Assembly: GCA_964016885.1 (NCBI GenBank)
Contig: OZ024749.1
Coordinates: 10,478,001-10,542,000 of the forward strand
Length of the DNA stretch: 64,000 bases
Direction: 5' to 3'
DNA from: Eledone cirrhosa
Taxonomy: Eukaryota
Shown: in pieces, positions 43,101 to 55,100 of the stretch
Layout of the letters: each line of letters starts with the position of its first letter
Position numbering within the stretch: position 1 is the stretch's first letter
The notes under the pieces: generated by a model
The model's input: only the letters and a program-made list of their open reading frames with translations
The model's database searches: none
Told to the model about the DNA's origin: nothing
Made by a program: the position numbers and the translations under genes

Positions 43101-46100
43101 GTAAAAAAAGAATTAAGTTAACTCATCATCATCATCAAAAGCACCACCATGTGGGGAAAGGGGGGGATTAAACTTGTGATGGACTGGCATCCCGTCCAAG
43201 GGATAGCTTTGTACTCTCAGACACTCAACACCCAATGAAACTGAGATAGGCTCCAACCAGATGAACCTCTGGAGGTGGGACGGACTTCACCCCATTAAAC
43301 CTCTTATAATTGACATTGTTGAAGTACTTACCGTCATTCTCTGACAACATTGCCATGAATGCTGCCTGAATATTGGGTAGACGTTTCTGTAATGCAGGAT
43401 GGGATCCACAGTGTTTTACGAGCGACAACAGCCACATACAGGCAGCCTGTGTTAAAGGAAATGAAGAATATTGAGAAGTGCACCTGTGTTTGTCAGTGTG
43501 TAGGTTTTTTTTTTGGGGGGGGGGGTGACTAATCAATGAAGGAAGGAGCAGTGCCCATGATCCTTTTCAGGGCCTCCAAGATTTTTTAAAATTTAGTCAA
43601 GTGGGGTAATAAAGCTACTAAAATACAAGGGTTTACTGAAAAGGGGGAAAAGGAGGACAAGGCAGGACATAATTCAAAGAGAGAGAGAAGACAATGGTTG
43701 ATGTTGCTTTTGTATTTTTCCAAATTGCATTGATGAAGAAAGCAAGACGATGGATGAGAATTCCATAGACAAGATGTATAAATGAAGAAACTATGAGAAA
43801 CTGGTGAGAAAGATGGAGGAAGAAAAGTGTCTTCAAATCAGACCCCTGGCCCAAACACTTGTCGAGCCTCCAGTGCTCTGGCAGCGTGGAGATGCAGAAA
43901 CTGTCTCTTCCCCTCGTCTGTTCAGCCACACCACCAGATGAAACAGCAAGCTTGCCTGATGCCCAAGCCTCACTGGTCTACATCACTCGGCTCAGGCAGC
44001 TCCGGAAGATTCCGCTCAGGATCCCGAGAGTGGCCCAGTTGCTGGTAGCCGATGCCCTCACTTCCTCGATTAAGAGTGCCCTGGACTCCAATCGAGCCAG
44101 CAACTAGGAGCGCCTCTTCTATTTCGCCCCACTCGCCCTCTGGCGCTGACCGAGTTGGCCTTTATCAAGGCCAATGTTTCGTCCTTTGGGTATGTGCCCA
44201 TTCCAAGCGTGCCGAAGAACGCCACACCCCCTGCTCTCGGGTGCCTCCAATCTTCCACCCCTGAGGCCAGCACCAAGCGTTTGCGTGACTGCACAAACGC
44301 TAAACTAATCATGGGTGATGTCTCGGCCGCAGTCAGAGAGGTTGCCTCAGAGGGCACTGTCCTCCAACCCACCGAAGATCCTGGCAGCTCTGCGACTCAA
44401 GCACCGCGAGCCACCTGCTGACCTCAGACCCATACCCCCACCTGCTCCTTGTGGCTTCTCACGCAGACATCACGTCTGACATCAAGTCCTTCCTAGCTAG
44501 CAGAGGTGCTGATGGTCTCCGACCGGGCCACCTAAAAGAGTTGCTATCCCTACTCTCCGCTGAGGCCGGGTGCCGCCTTCTGAGTGTAATTGTGGCACTC
44601 ACCAATAGGCTTATCCATGGTGCCCTGGACCCTCATGCCCGAGGCCTCCTTTTTACGGCTAGCCTGACCGCTCTCAGGAAGAAAGAGGGTGGCATACGCC
44701 CCATCGCTGTGGGCAATGTCTTCCAGAGGTTGGCTGTTAAGGTGGTCTGCAGGTCCATAACACCTGAACTGGGTGAGGAGTTCAGTCCGGTGGCTGTGAG
44801 GGGGCCGGACATGCACCCAGGTGCCCACTGGAACCCGCATACAGGGACTCCAGGCACCTCATTGTCAAGCTTGACATGAGAAATGCCTTTAACTGCATAC
44901 GCCAGGACCATCTATTCGATGCCTACCCGCTGGCCTACCTGCCATATGGAGCCCCGAGCATGCTCCTTGCTGCTGATACGGTCATACCTTCGGCCACTGG
45001 GGTCCAACAGCACGACCCTTTGGGCCCCCTTCTGTTATAGACCACATTGCCCCTCTCAACGTTTGGTACCTGGATGATGCTACATTAGGCGGGTCTGTAG
45101 AGACTGTCTACCATAACCTACAATCGGTGGTTCCTGCCCTGGCGGGAATCAGCCTCCAGGTCAACTCGTCCAAGTCAGAGGTGGTGAATGACAGCCACGA
45201 TACTGAGAGCTTTGCAACCTCCGTCAAGGACATGCGGTCCATTCTCCACTAGGTATAGGTGACCCCCAAAAAGGATGTCCTCATCTTCAGGTCTCCGATC
45301 CACCCATCGGCCATCCGCTCCAACAACTCCAGACCCTCACGAGCCGACTGGGCTTGATCAACGGCCACCTAGCTCTCTTCCTGTTGAGGAACTGCTTTGC
45401 CATGCCGAAGCTCCTCTATACCCTTCACAGCGCTCCATGCTACAGCCACGCATCTCTCTTTGTTGTCCTCGATACTTGTATCCAAGCAGCAGCCGAGGAG
45501 ATATGCAACGTCGGGTTTGACGACATTGGATGGCAACAGGCCACTTTACCTGTCAGATATGGTGGCCTTGACTTCCGGTAATCTCATGCCGCTTCCTCGT
45601 CAGCAGGGCTCTCCAAAACACAATGGAATCCTCTGTGATCAGAGAACGTGAGGCCGTCTGGGACTTAGACCAGTAGATGTCCCCCTGCTAACGTCAAGTC
45701 CCCCCCAAAGCATTTGGGATGCTATCCAGTGCAGGCTCACACAGCAGCTCGGCCAGCACCACCTTGCCTGTTTGCATGCGGCCTCCAAATTCCACAGTAG
45801 TACCTGGCTCCATGCCTTGGCCTCCTTCTCCACTGGCACGCAGCTGGATAATGATAGCCTGTGCATCGGCGTTTCCTTAAGGCTTGGACTCCAGATCTGC
45901 GAGCCACATAAATGTTGCTGTAGATCCACTGTGGACTCTTTCGGCCTCCACCCACTTTCCTGTTGCCACAGTGCCGGCCACCTTCCACGCCATGCTGCCC
46001 TCAATGAGGTCATAAAGCATGGCTTGGACGCTGCAGGCTTCCTCTCCCAGCTCAAGCCAGTGGGGCTAGACCAAGGAGACAGCAAAAGGCCAGACGGAAT

Positions 46101-46132
46101 GACCATCTTTGCTTTTTCTTTGGAAATATTTA

Positions 46133-46199
<67 letters not shown>

Positions 46200-49100
46200 G
46201 CACAATAGCTGTGATGTTAAGATGCAGGACTACATGGTCTCACACACACACTCATATACATTAATAATATAGACACAAACAAATCTTACTCTTCACTGAT
46301 ATATTTACACACATACTATATCTAATAGTTTACACAAATATATATATATAATTGCTTCTACTTTTGGCACAAGGCCAGCAATTATCCAGTACATTACTGG
46401 TACTTTATTTTATCGACCCCGTAAGGATGAAAGGCAAAGTTAACCTCGGCAGGATTTGAACTCAGAATGGCAAGGGCCGTAACTCTATGCATCAAGGCAT
46501 GGCGTCCGACCCTCTACCGATACTGCCAATCCACTGCCCTTATATACAAATAACGTAGTATAGTTTTACTTGAAACATACCTGTCGTGTGAAGTGGTTAC
46601 TTTTACCAAGATATTCCTCCAAGATCTTCAACAAATACCATTCTACATCATCCCTTTTATCAGTTATTGATACCTGCAGAGATCAATAATGAAAAAGATT
46701 CTGTTATTGTAGGAAGATTAGAATAAGATAAAACTAATACTTTGTGTATGTGCGTCTGAGTGTGTGTGTATATATATATATATATATGTCTGTGTTGTGT
46801 GTGGCTGTATCTGTGAGTAAATATACATCTCTGTGTGTGTGTATATGCCTGTATGTGCATGTGTTTATGTGTGTGTGTGTGTAAGAATTTGTCATCTCTA
46901 TTGAAGAAATTTTTCACATAATTACCAATCCTAAGAATGCTATAAACAAAAAGAAAGAATTGTTTAATTCTTGCATCGACAGTCCAAGACTTTTAAAAGT
47001 ATCTATAATCTACAGGAAATATATATCGCCTCTATAACTCGCCCAGTTACAATTTATATGTCTTCGTTGTTTTTTGTGATGTTTTTTGTGTGATGTTTTT
47101 AATGTGATTTTTGAAGGTATTTTTTATGATTGTTGAACATTTTTCTAATAGCCTTTATAGGTCTTTTAAATCCATACAAATACTTAATATCATCAAATTT
47201 ATACATAGGTATAAGTAATGTTATCAAAATATATAGATAAAGTTTTTATCTTAGAACATATCTATATATATAAAACTGAGGATGTCTGTCTGTGTGTGTG
47301 TGAGTTTGAATCCCTAAAACTCGAGAAGTACCCAACCGACTGTTTTCAAACTTTACACATGTAATACTTATGTTTCAGGGAGTGTTCTGAGCAAAGAAAA
47401 TTTCAAATTTTCAATGCCCTAGGGACCGCATTAGGCGATTTAGCGATCTCTCTCTGTAATTCTTAGTCTTTCTCTTTTTAGATAGATACATACATATAAC
47501 GTCGTGCCCTTATAATATATCTGTATGTCTGCTGCCTCCGGTTATTCTGCCACCCTTGCTCAAGACAAATCTCACACTCATTCCTCAAACAGTTCGTAAG
47601 TGCACACAACTTCTTCCTCACATTTTAAGCCACAGTGTTGCTTACTTACCTACCACCAGACCCTTACTTCTTTGCCAGCCGTGGTTGTGGCAATACTAAG
47701 CTTAGCTAAGGCGATTATATATTTCACAATACCTTATCCCGTGCAACGCCGGGTACCACTGCTAGTGTAATATATGATTCTCTAAAATCATATATAAAAT
47801 AATTTTTCCATATACTACAATTAGAATATTATTTGAAAGTAAATTTGAGACTAAACGATAAATATAACTATAACTTAACTCCGTAAACTAATAAGAAAAG
47901 AAATATGTTTACATCTAATATCTACGTAACATTTAAACTTTGCATCAATATTAAAATTTCGTAAATTTATTTCTATCTTGATACAACTATAGAATATACA
48001 TAATAATATACATCTATACTAAAATAGAATTACTTCCACATTCTTAAGCCATATATTGAAAATGTAAACATATATTCGCCCAACATATAATTCTTCTTAT
48101 ATAAAGCTATCTATATCTAACCAAAATTATTTATCTATTAAATAAATAATATATATACTCACCAAAACTATTTATATATATATACAACTAACCTCTTATA
48201 ATATTAAAACACACCAATACAATAGACCCAGTCGTATATATAAACATAAGATACCTTTCACATTTTAAATTAATATTCTCTCACTTTAACACATTTAATT
48301 CACACATTATATTATAAATACTTCCAAAATATATAATTAAATAATTAAATAAATATAATTATTTCATTCTCTCTACACCCTTGCAAATACAATTATATAC
48401 GTACATTCCTATAAATATTCTGTAAGTAGCTTTAAATATTTTTTTCTTAAAATCTTTTCTTCACCTTAATAGTAACCTTTCTTTCCTTTTCTTATTAAAA
48501 AAATAATTCTAATAATTATTTAAATATACCTAGCATCTAAACATAACAGTCTTTTTCAGTTTTAACATTATCCTCATTAGCATATTCATCTCGAGGTTTG
48601 AAGTTTTGTTCACTATTCAAATGGAACTCACAACATTATGTTCTTGTCTGAATATGTCACTATCTGTAAACCAATTTTTGTATTTTATCTGATGAGAGCG
48701 TACCAAAGTTTTGGTACCCTTGAAATATATATAATAAAATTATTATGGTTTTATAAAGATAGCTTCCATTTATTAATATGATTGTTATATATGTATATAT
48801 ATATTTTCTATCTGTCTCTCTCTCTCTCTCTTGACACAACATAACTGAATGTTGAAGAAAGTCAGTCTGCAATCATAATTCTAAACAAAACTGCAGTCTT
48901 GCCACCCTTGTATTACACTGAGTCTGTTAAAGAATTACATTAACTGTACAAGTTACACATGCTTATGGAATACTCAGTCATTTTTACATGCTAATTCAAT
49001 GAGTGGGTCCTTCAGTAGTACTCAGTTTTGAAGGCCAACTCTACGTCCTGCACCACATGAAACCAAATGAGAAAGAAATTCTTGAAAACTACTAAACTGT

Positions 49101-52100
49101 GTTTTGACTGCATCACATTTTTAGACATTTCCTGCTAAATTGTTATAGGATGTTAAGAGTTAATTGTGTTCACTAGTAAAGATACTATAAATATTGGAAT
49201 TAACAAACCTATTTTTAGACATTTAAGGTGTTAAGAATCAGTTAATAATCATGCATATGCAACATTATTTTTAGCAAAATTAACTGCATCACTTTAAAAC
49301 TTAAACTGCAAATTTTCACAATGATCTGTACACTAATAAAGACACTATAAGCATTTGAATTAGGAAACCAGTTTTTTTTAATATTTTCTGCTAAATCATA
49401 ACAGGATGTTAAGAGTTAATACTGTCAAGAAAAGACACTATAAACATTTGAATTCACAAACCCATTTTTTTATATTTTCTGTTAAACCAATACAGGATGT
49501 TATGTGTTAAAAGTAAAAAAATCTATGGTTAAGGCCAATGGGTTAAAGGTTAGAGTGGAAGTTTTTTTTAACTCTTTAGACTGGTTATATTTTCTACGAT
49601 GCAGGAGTACTAACAATTTTATCTCAAGCATAACTTCTGACTACAACACATGAGAATTTCAAGCGAGACTCCAACCGAACTCACTGACAACGTATTGTCA
49701 TCACCGTTTTACGTCCATTCTTCCACGCTAGCATGGGTTAGACGAGTTGTCCTGTTGTGGGCAATGCCAGTTCAGGTGACTACGTCTTGCTCATACAGAA
49801 CTGATTTTGGCTTGATTTCTACAGATTTCTAACACCAACCTCATTTATAGTGAGTACTGGGTGATTTTTACCGTGGCGCCTACACGACCACTCATTGTTT
49901 GTTTATAATAATCTGCCAAGTCCATTTCTTTAATCCCAAAGGGGTGTTTACCACATCAAAGACCATGAGTTTGATTCCTGGCAGATTGTTATTTCATGTT
50001 ACAGTCCAATCAGTTGGCAAGCCAAGACACACACTGTCATACTGAATCACTTGAGAATTACATTAATGGAACAGCTGCCTCTAGAATGCTCAGGCACTTG
50101 CACAACATTGTGTTGGTAAAAAACTGGAACACTTGTCAGAAATGACAGAGATCGAACACACACACACAAGTCAGGTTTAACACACTATTCTGTTGGTCAA
50201 ACACACAACAGGAAGGTTTAACACACTGTTTTGTTGGTCAAACACACATGCAAGTCAGGTTTAACACAGTTCTGTTGGTCAAACACACTAGAGAGGTTTA
50301 AAACACTTCAGTTGGTCAAGCACACACAAGTAAGGTTTAACACAGTTCTGTTGGTCAAGTACACAGTTCTGTTGGTCAAACACACACCAGGAAGGTTTAA
50401 CACACTATTATGTTGGTCAAACACATACCAGGAAGGTTTAACACAGTGTTCTGTTGGTCAAACACACACAAGTCAGGTTTAACACACTGTTCAGTTGGTC
50501 AAACACACTAGAGAGGTTTAAAACACTGTTCTGTTGGTCAAGCACACACAAGTAAGGTTTAACACAGTTCTGTTGGTCAAACACACACCAGGAAGGTTTA
50601 ACACACTATTCTGTTGGTCAAACACACACCAGGAAGGTTTAACACACTATTCTGTTGGTCAAACACATACCAGGAAGGTTTAACACACTATTCTGTTGGT
50701 CAAACACATACCAGGAAGGTTTAACACACTGTTCTGTTGGTCAAACACACACAAGTCAGGTTTAACACACTGTTCAGTTGGTCAAACACACTAGAGAGGT
50801 TTAAAACACTGTTCTGTTGGTCAAGCACACACAAGTAAGGTTTAACACAGTTCTGTTGGTCAAGTACACAGTTCTGTTGGTCAAACACACACCAGGAAGG
50901 TTTAACACACTATTCTGTTGGTCAAACACACACCAGGAAGGTTTAACACACTATTCTGTTGGTCAAACACACACAAGTCAGGTTGGTCAAACACACTAGA
51001 GAGGTTTAAAACACTTCAGTTGGTCAAGCACACACAAGTAAGGTTTAACACAGTTCTGTTGGTCAAGCACACAGTTCTGTTGGTCAAACACACACCAGGA
51101 AGGTTTAACACACTATTCTGTTGGTCAAACACACACCATGAAGGTTTAACACACTGTTCAGTTGGTCAAACACACACCAGGAAGGTTTAACACACTGTTC
51201 AGTTGGTCAAACACACACCAGGAAGGTTTAACACACTGTTCAGTTGGTCAAACACACACCAGGAAGGTTTAACACACTGTTGTGTTGGTCAAACACACTA
51301 TAGAGGTTTAACACACTGTTTTGTTGGTCAAACACACATGCAAGTCAGGTTTAACACAGTTCTGTTGGTCAAACACACACGAGGAAGGTTTGACACACAG
51401 TATTGTTGGTCAAGCACACACTAGAGGTTTAACACACTGTTATATTGGTTAAACACACACCAGGAAGGTTTAACACACTGTTCTGTTGGTCAAACACACT
51501 AGAGAGGTTTAACACACTGTTCAGTTGCTTAAACACACACCAGGAAGGTTTAACACACTGTTCTGTTGGTCAAACACACTAGAGAGGTTTAACACACTGT
51601 TGTGTTGGTCAAGCACACACCAGGAAGGTTTAACACAGTTCTGTTGGTCAAATAACTAGTACCCTCATTGTCAGAAGTGACAGAGATCGAACACACACTT
51701 TAATCAAAGATCAAACACACACACACACACTAATCAAAGACCAAACACACACACACTAATCAAAGACCAAACACACACACATTAATCAAAGATCAAACAC
51801 ACACACACACTAATCAAAGATCAAACACACACGCACACACATTAATCAAAGACCAAACACACACACACATTAATCAAAGACCAAACACACACACACATTA
51901 ATCAAAGACCAAACACACTAATCAAAGACCAAACACACACACACACATTAATCAAAGACCAAACACACTAATCAAAGATCAAACACACACACACATTAAT
52001 CAAAGATCAAACACACACACACAATCAAAGATCAAACACACACACATTAGTCAAAGATCAAACACACACATTAATCAAGAGAACATAAAAACTGACCTGG

Positions 52101-55100
52101 ACATCAGAGTTTGCTTGAAACCAGGTTCTTTTCCGACTCGGAGAATTAATTCCCTGAGCTGCACACACCAAAGCTTCTCCTATAGTCATGTGAAGGTTAA
52201 ACTGTTTGGTCTGAAAAAACAACAGGCAATTATATTGGGCTTTTCATTCAGTATAAGAATGGTGTCTGGAAAGGGCTGAACAATGGATGAAGTTCCTAGT
52301 GAAGGGAAGCTGCAACAAATGAAGGCCAAAAGAAATCCTAGGCAATAGTGGTAAGAAGGGCTGAACGTTGAATGGAAAAGTCCCAGGAGTGCTCAGTGGA
52401 AGGAAGCTGATAGAAAACCTAGGCAGAAGTGGTGAAAAGCAGATCTCAAAACACTGAACTTCAAAGAGAGGGTGAAAAAAAATGTAACAAAGGGTGGGAA
52501 ACAGTACCATCCATCCGATGCTAGCATGGAGAAATAGATGTGATGATGATGATGATCCATCTCTAGCATGGAGAGCTAGATGTGATGATGATGATGATGA
52601 TGAAGCCATAGAAACCATGCTAAATATGGAAGATATGAACAAGATGAGGTCTGTGTAATGTCTCATCATAACCTGGAACACATGACACAAGTGAATGTAA
52701 AATGATAATGACAAGACATTTATTGTTTTTGTTAGTATTTAGTGAAGGATAAAGGGGAGGGCAGTGTCCATAACTGTGTACAGGGCCCTGACAGAGAAGG
52801 GGACACGATGAAAGTAAAGTAACTGACCTTTAACTCATGTCCCAGTCATTTTAACACCACAGCCTCGTGGGGAGAGAGAAAGAGTGTGTGAGTGAAGGTG
52901 AAAAAGACAGAGAGCGGCAGAATCGATCCCAGTACTCGATTGGTACTTTATTTATCAACCTTATGAAAGGCAAAGTTGATTTGAACTCAGAATAGAGTAA
53001 GCCAGAGTAAGTTAAATATTGCAATGGTGGTTGGTGTTAGGAAGGGAATCTATAGAAACTATGCTGAGGTCCGCTGATATGTCTGGTATGACAGTGACTT
53101 AGATGTAGGCGTGGTCTGTGGTTACCTGCCCAACTGATGTGGGCGTGGTCTGTGGTTACCCGCCCAACTGATGTAGGTGTGGTCTGTGGTTACCTGCCCA
53201 ACTGATGTGGGCGTGGTCTGTGGTTACCTGTCCAACTGATGTAGGCGTGGTCTGTGGTTACCTGCCCAACTGATGTGGGCGTGGTCTGTGGTTACCTGCC
53301 CAACTGATATAGGCGTGGTCTGTGGTTACCAGCCCAACTGATGTGGGCGTGGTCTGTGGTTACCTGCCCAACTGATGTAGGCGTGGTCTGTGGTTACCTG
53401 TCCAACTGATGTAGGCGTGGTCTGTGGTTACCAGCCCAACTGATGAGGGCGTGGTCTGTGGTTACCTGCCCAACTGATGTGGGCGTGGTCTGTGGTTACC
53501 TGCCCAACTGATGTGGGCGTGGTCTGTGGTTACCTGCCCAACCCATGACATTATGGAAGGCGCACATAAAGAGGAAATAAAGTACTAAATACCTGTGCTA
53601 CTTCCATCAGTCCTTCAATAACCATGTGTCTGTAAGGAAAGTCTTCATCCCCAACACATAAATGTCCAAGACACATGGCAGCACCTTCTTTGTTCTAAAT
53701 GGGAGGAAAAAGAAGAAAACATTCACGGAAAAGATACAACTATAACTACAACAATAACAACAACTATAACCACAACAATAACCAAAACACACCAACCACA
53801 AGAAGAATAACAACAACACCAACAACAACAATAATAAATGCTTTAACCCTTTAGTGTTCAAACCGCCCGAAACTATTTCCCCTTCATTTGTTCAAACCGC
53901 CTGATAACACCCACACTAAAAAATCGTTCTAAAAATAAACAAACCATCATCCAAATCTCGTCAATTCGAGATTACTGCGAGATTAGGCCCTTACCACGAA
54001 AATTAACATTTAATATAGTGAAACAACTTAAAACGTGTTTTATTAACGTCGAAAGTAGAACAGATTTTTTTTTATCAACATGGCTTGTGAAAGTAGCGAT
54101 ACTGACTTTGAAGATTTTACACACAACGACATTCAGAATGAACAAGAAACAAAAGATAATATTAGTGATTTATCTTCAAATGAATCTGATGTTTACATTT
54201 CTGAAATTTCATCCGATGATGATTGTTGTTTTGAAAGTGAAAACGAAGGAGATCTCCAGGACGCCATTGAAAATATTACAGCAACGTGGTTGAAAAATAC
54301 CTCACTAATATATGTTCCCAATTTTATTCAAAATACTGGTCCACAACACACATTAGCTCCCGATGTTAAAGCACTGGATTATTTCTTTTTGTTTTTACCA
54401 TAAACTTTCTTCGAAGTTGTGGCAGAAAAGATTAATCGATATGCCCAACAACAGATTTCAAATCGAGGAAAACCCGATCTGTTTGGCGACCGACAGATGC
54501 TGCGGAAATGCAAGCATTTTTTACCGTAAATATGTTCGGTATAAAACAATTTCCAAGACTGTGGAATTACTGGAACACTGATATAAGGTTTAGTGACCCT
54601 TGTGTATCAAGTATTATGCCAAAAACAATGTATTTAAAATTAAACCAGTATTTGCACCTGGTTGATACTTCAAATGCCCCTATTAATTAATTTCACCTGC
54701 CCATAAAAGTTAAATTTAACCAAAACAATCAAGTAAAATTATATAATTGCAAATTATTGATATTTAAACATCTACTGACAAAATTTCAAGCCTGCACATA
54801 GAAAATTAAGAAAATTACAAACAAATAAAATTGATAACCCTCTTGAGTATGATTAACTCAAAATAATGCGAACAGATAATCATGACATTTGAAAATTAAT
54901 GCGAATGCTAAAGAGTTAAACCTTTTGATACCAAACTACCTGAAACCACCCCAGTTTCTACGATACAAAACTGATTGTTTATCTAAGAACTTTCAATCAT
55001 ATTCACCTGTATAATGAGAGAATTAGTTATATTAATAAATCCCTCCAAATTCTTGATTATTTAAAAACTTATTTGAAAATCATAGACAGTGTGTTTCATT

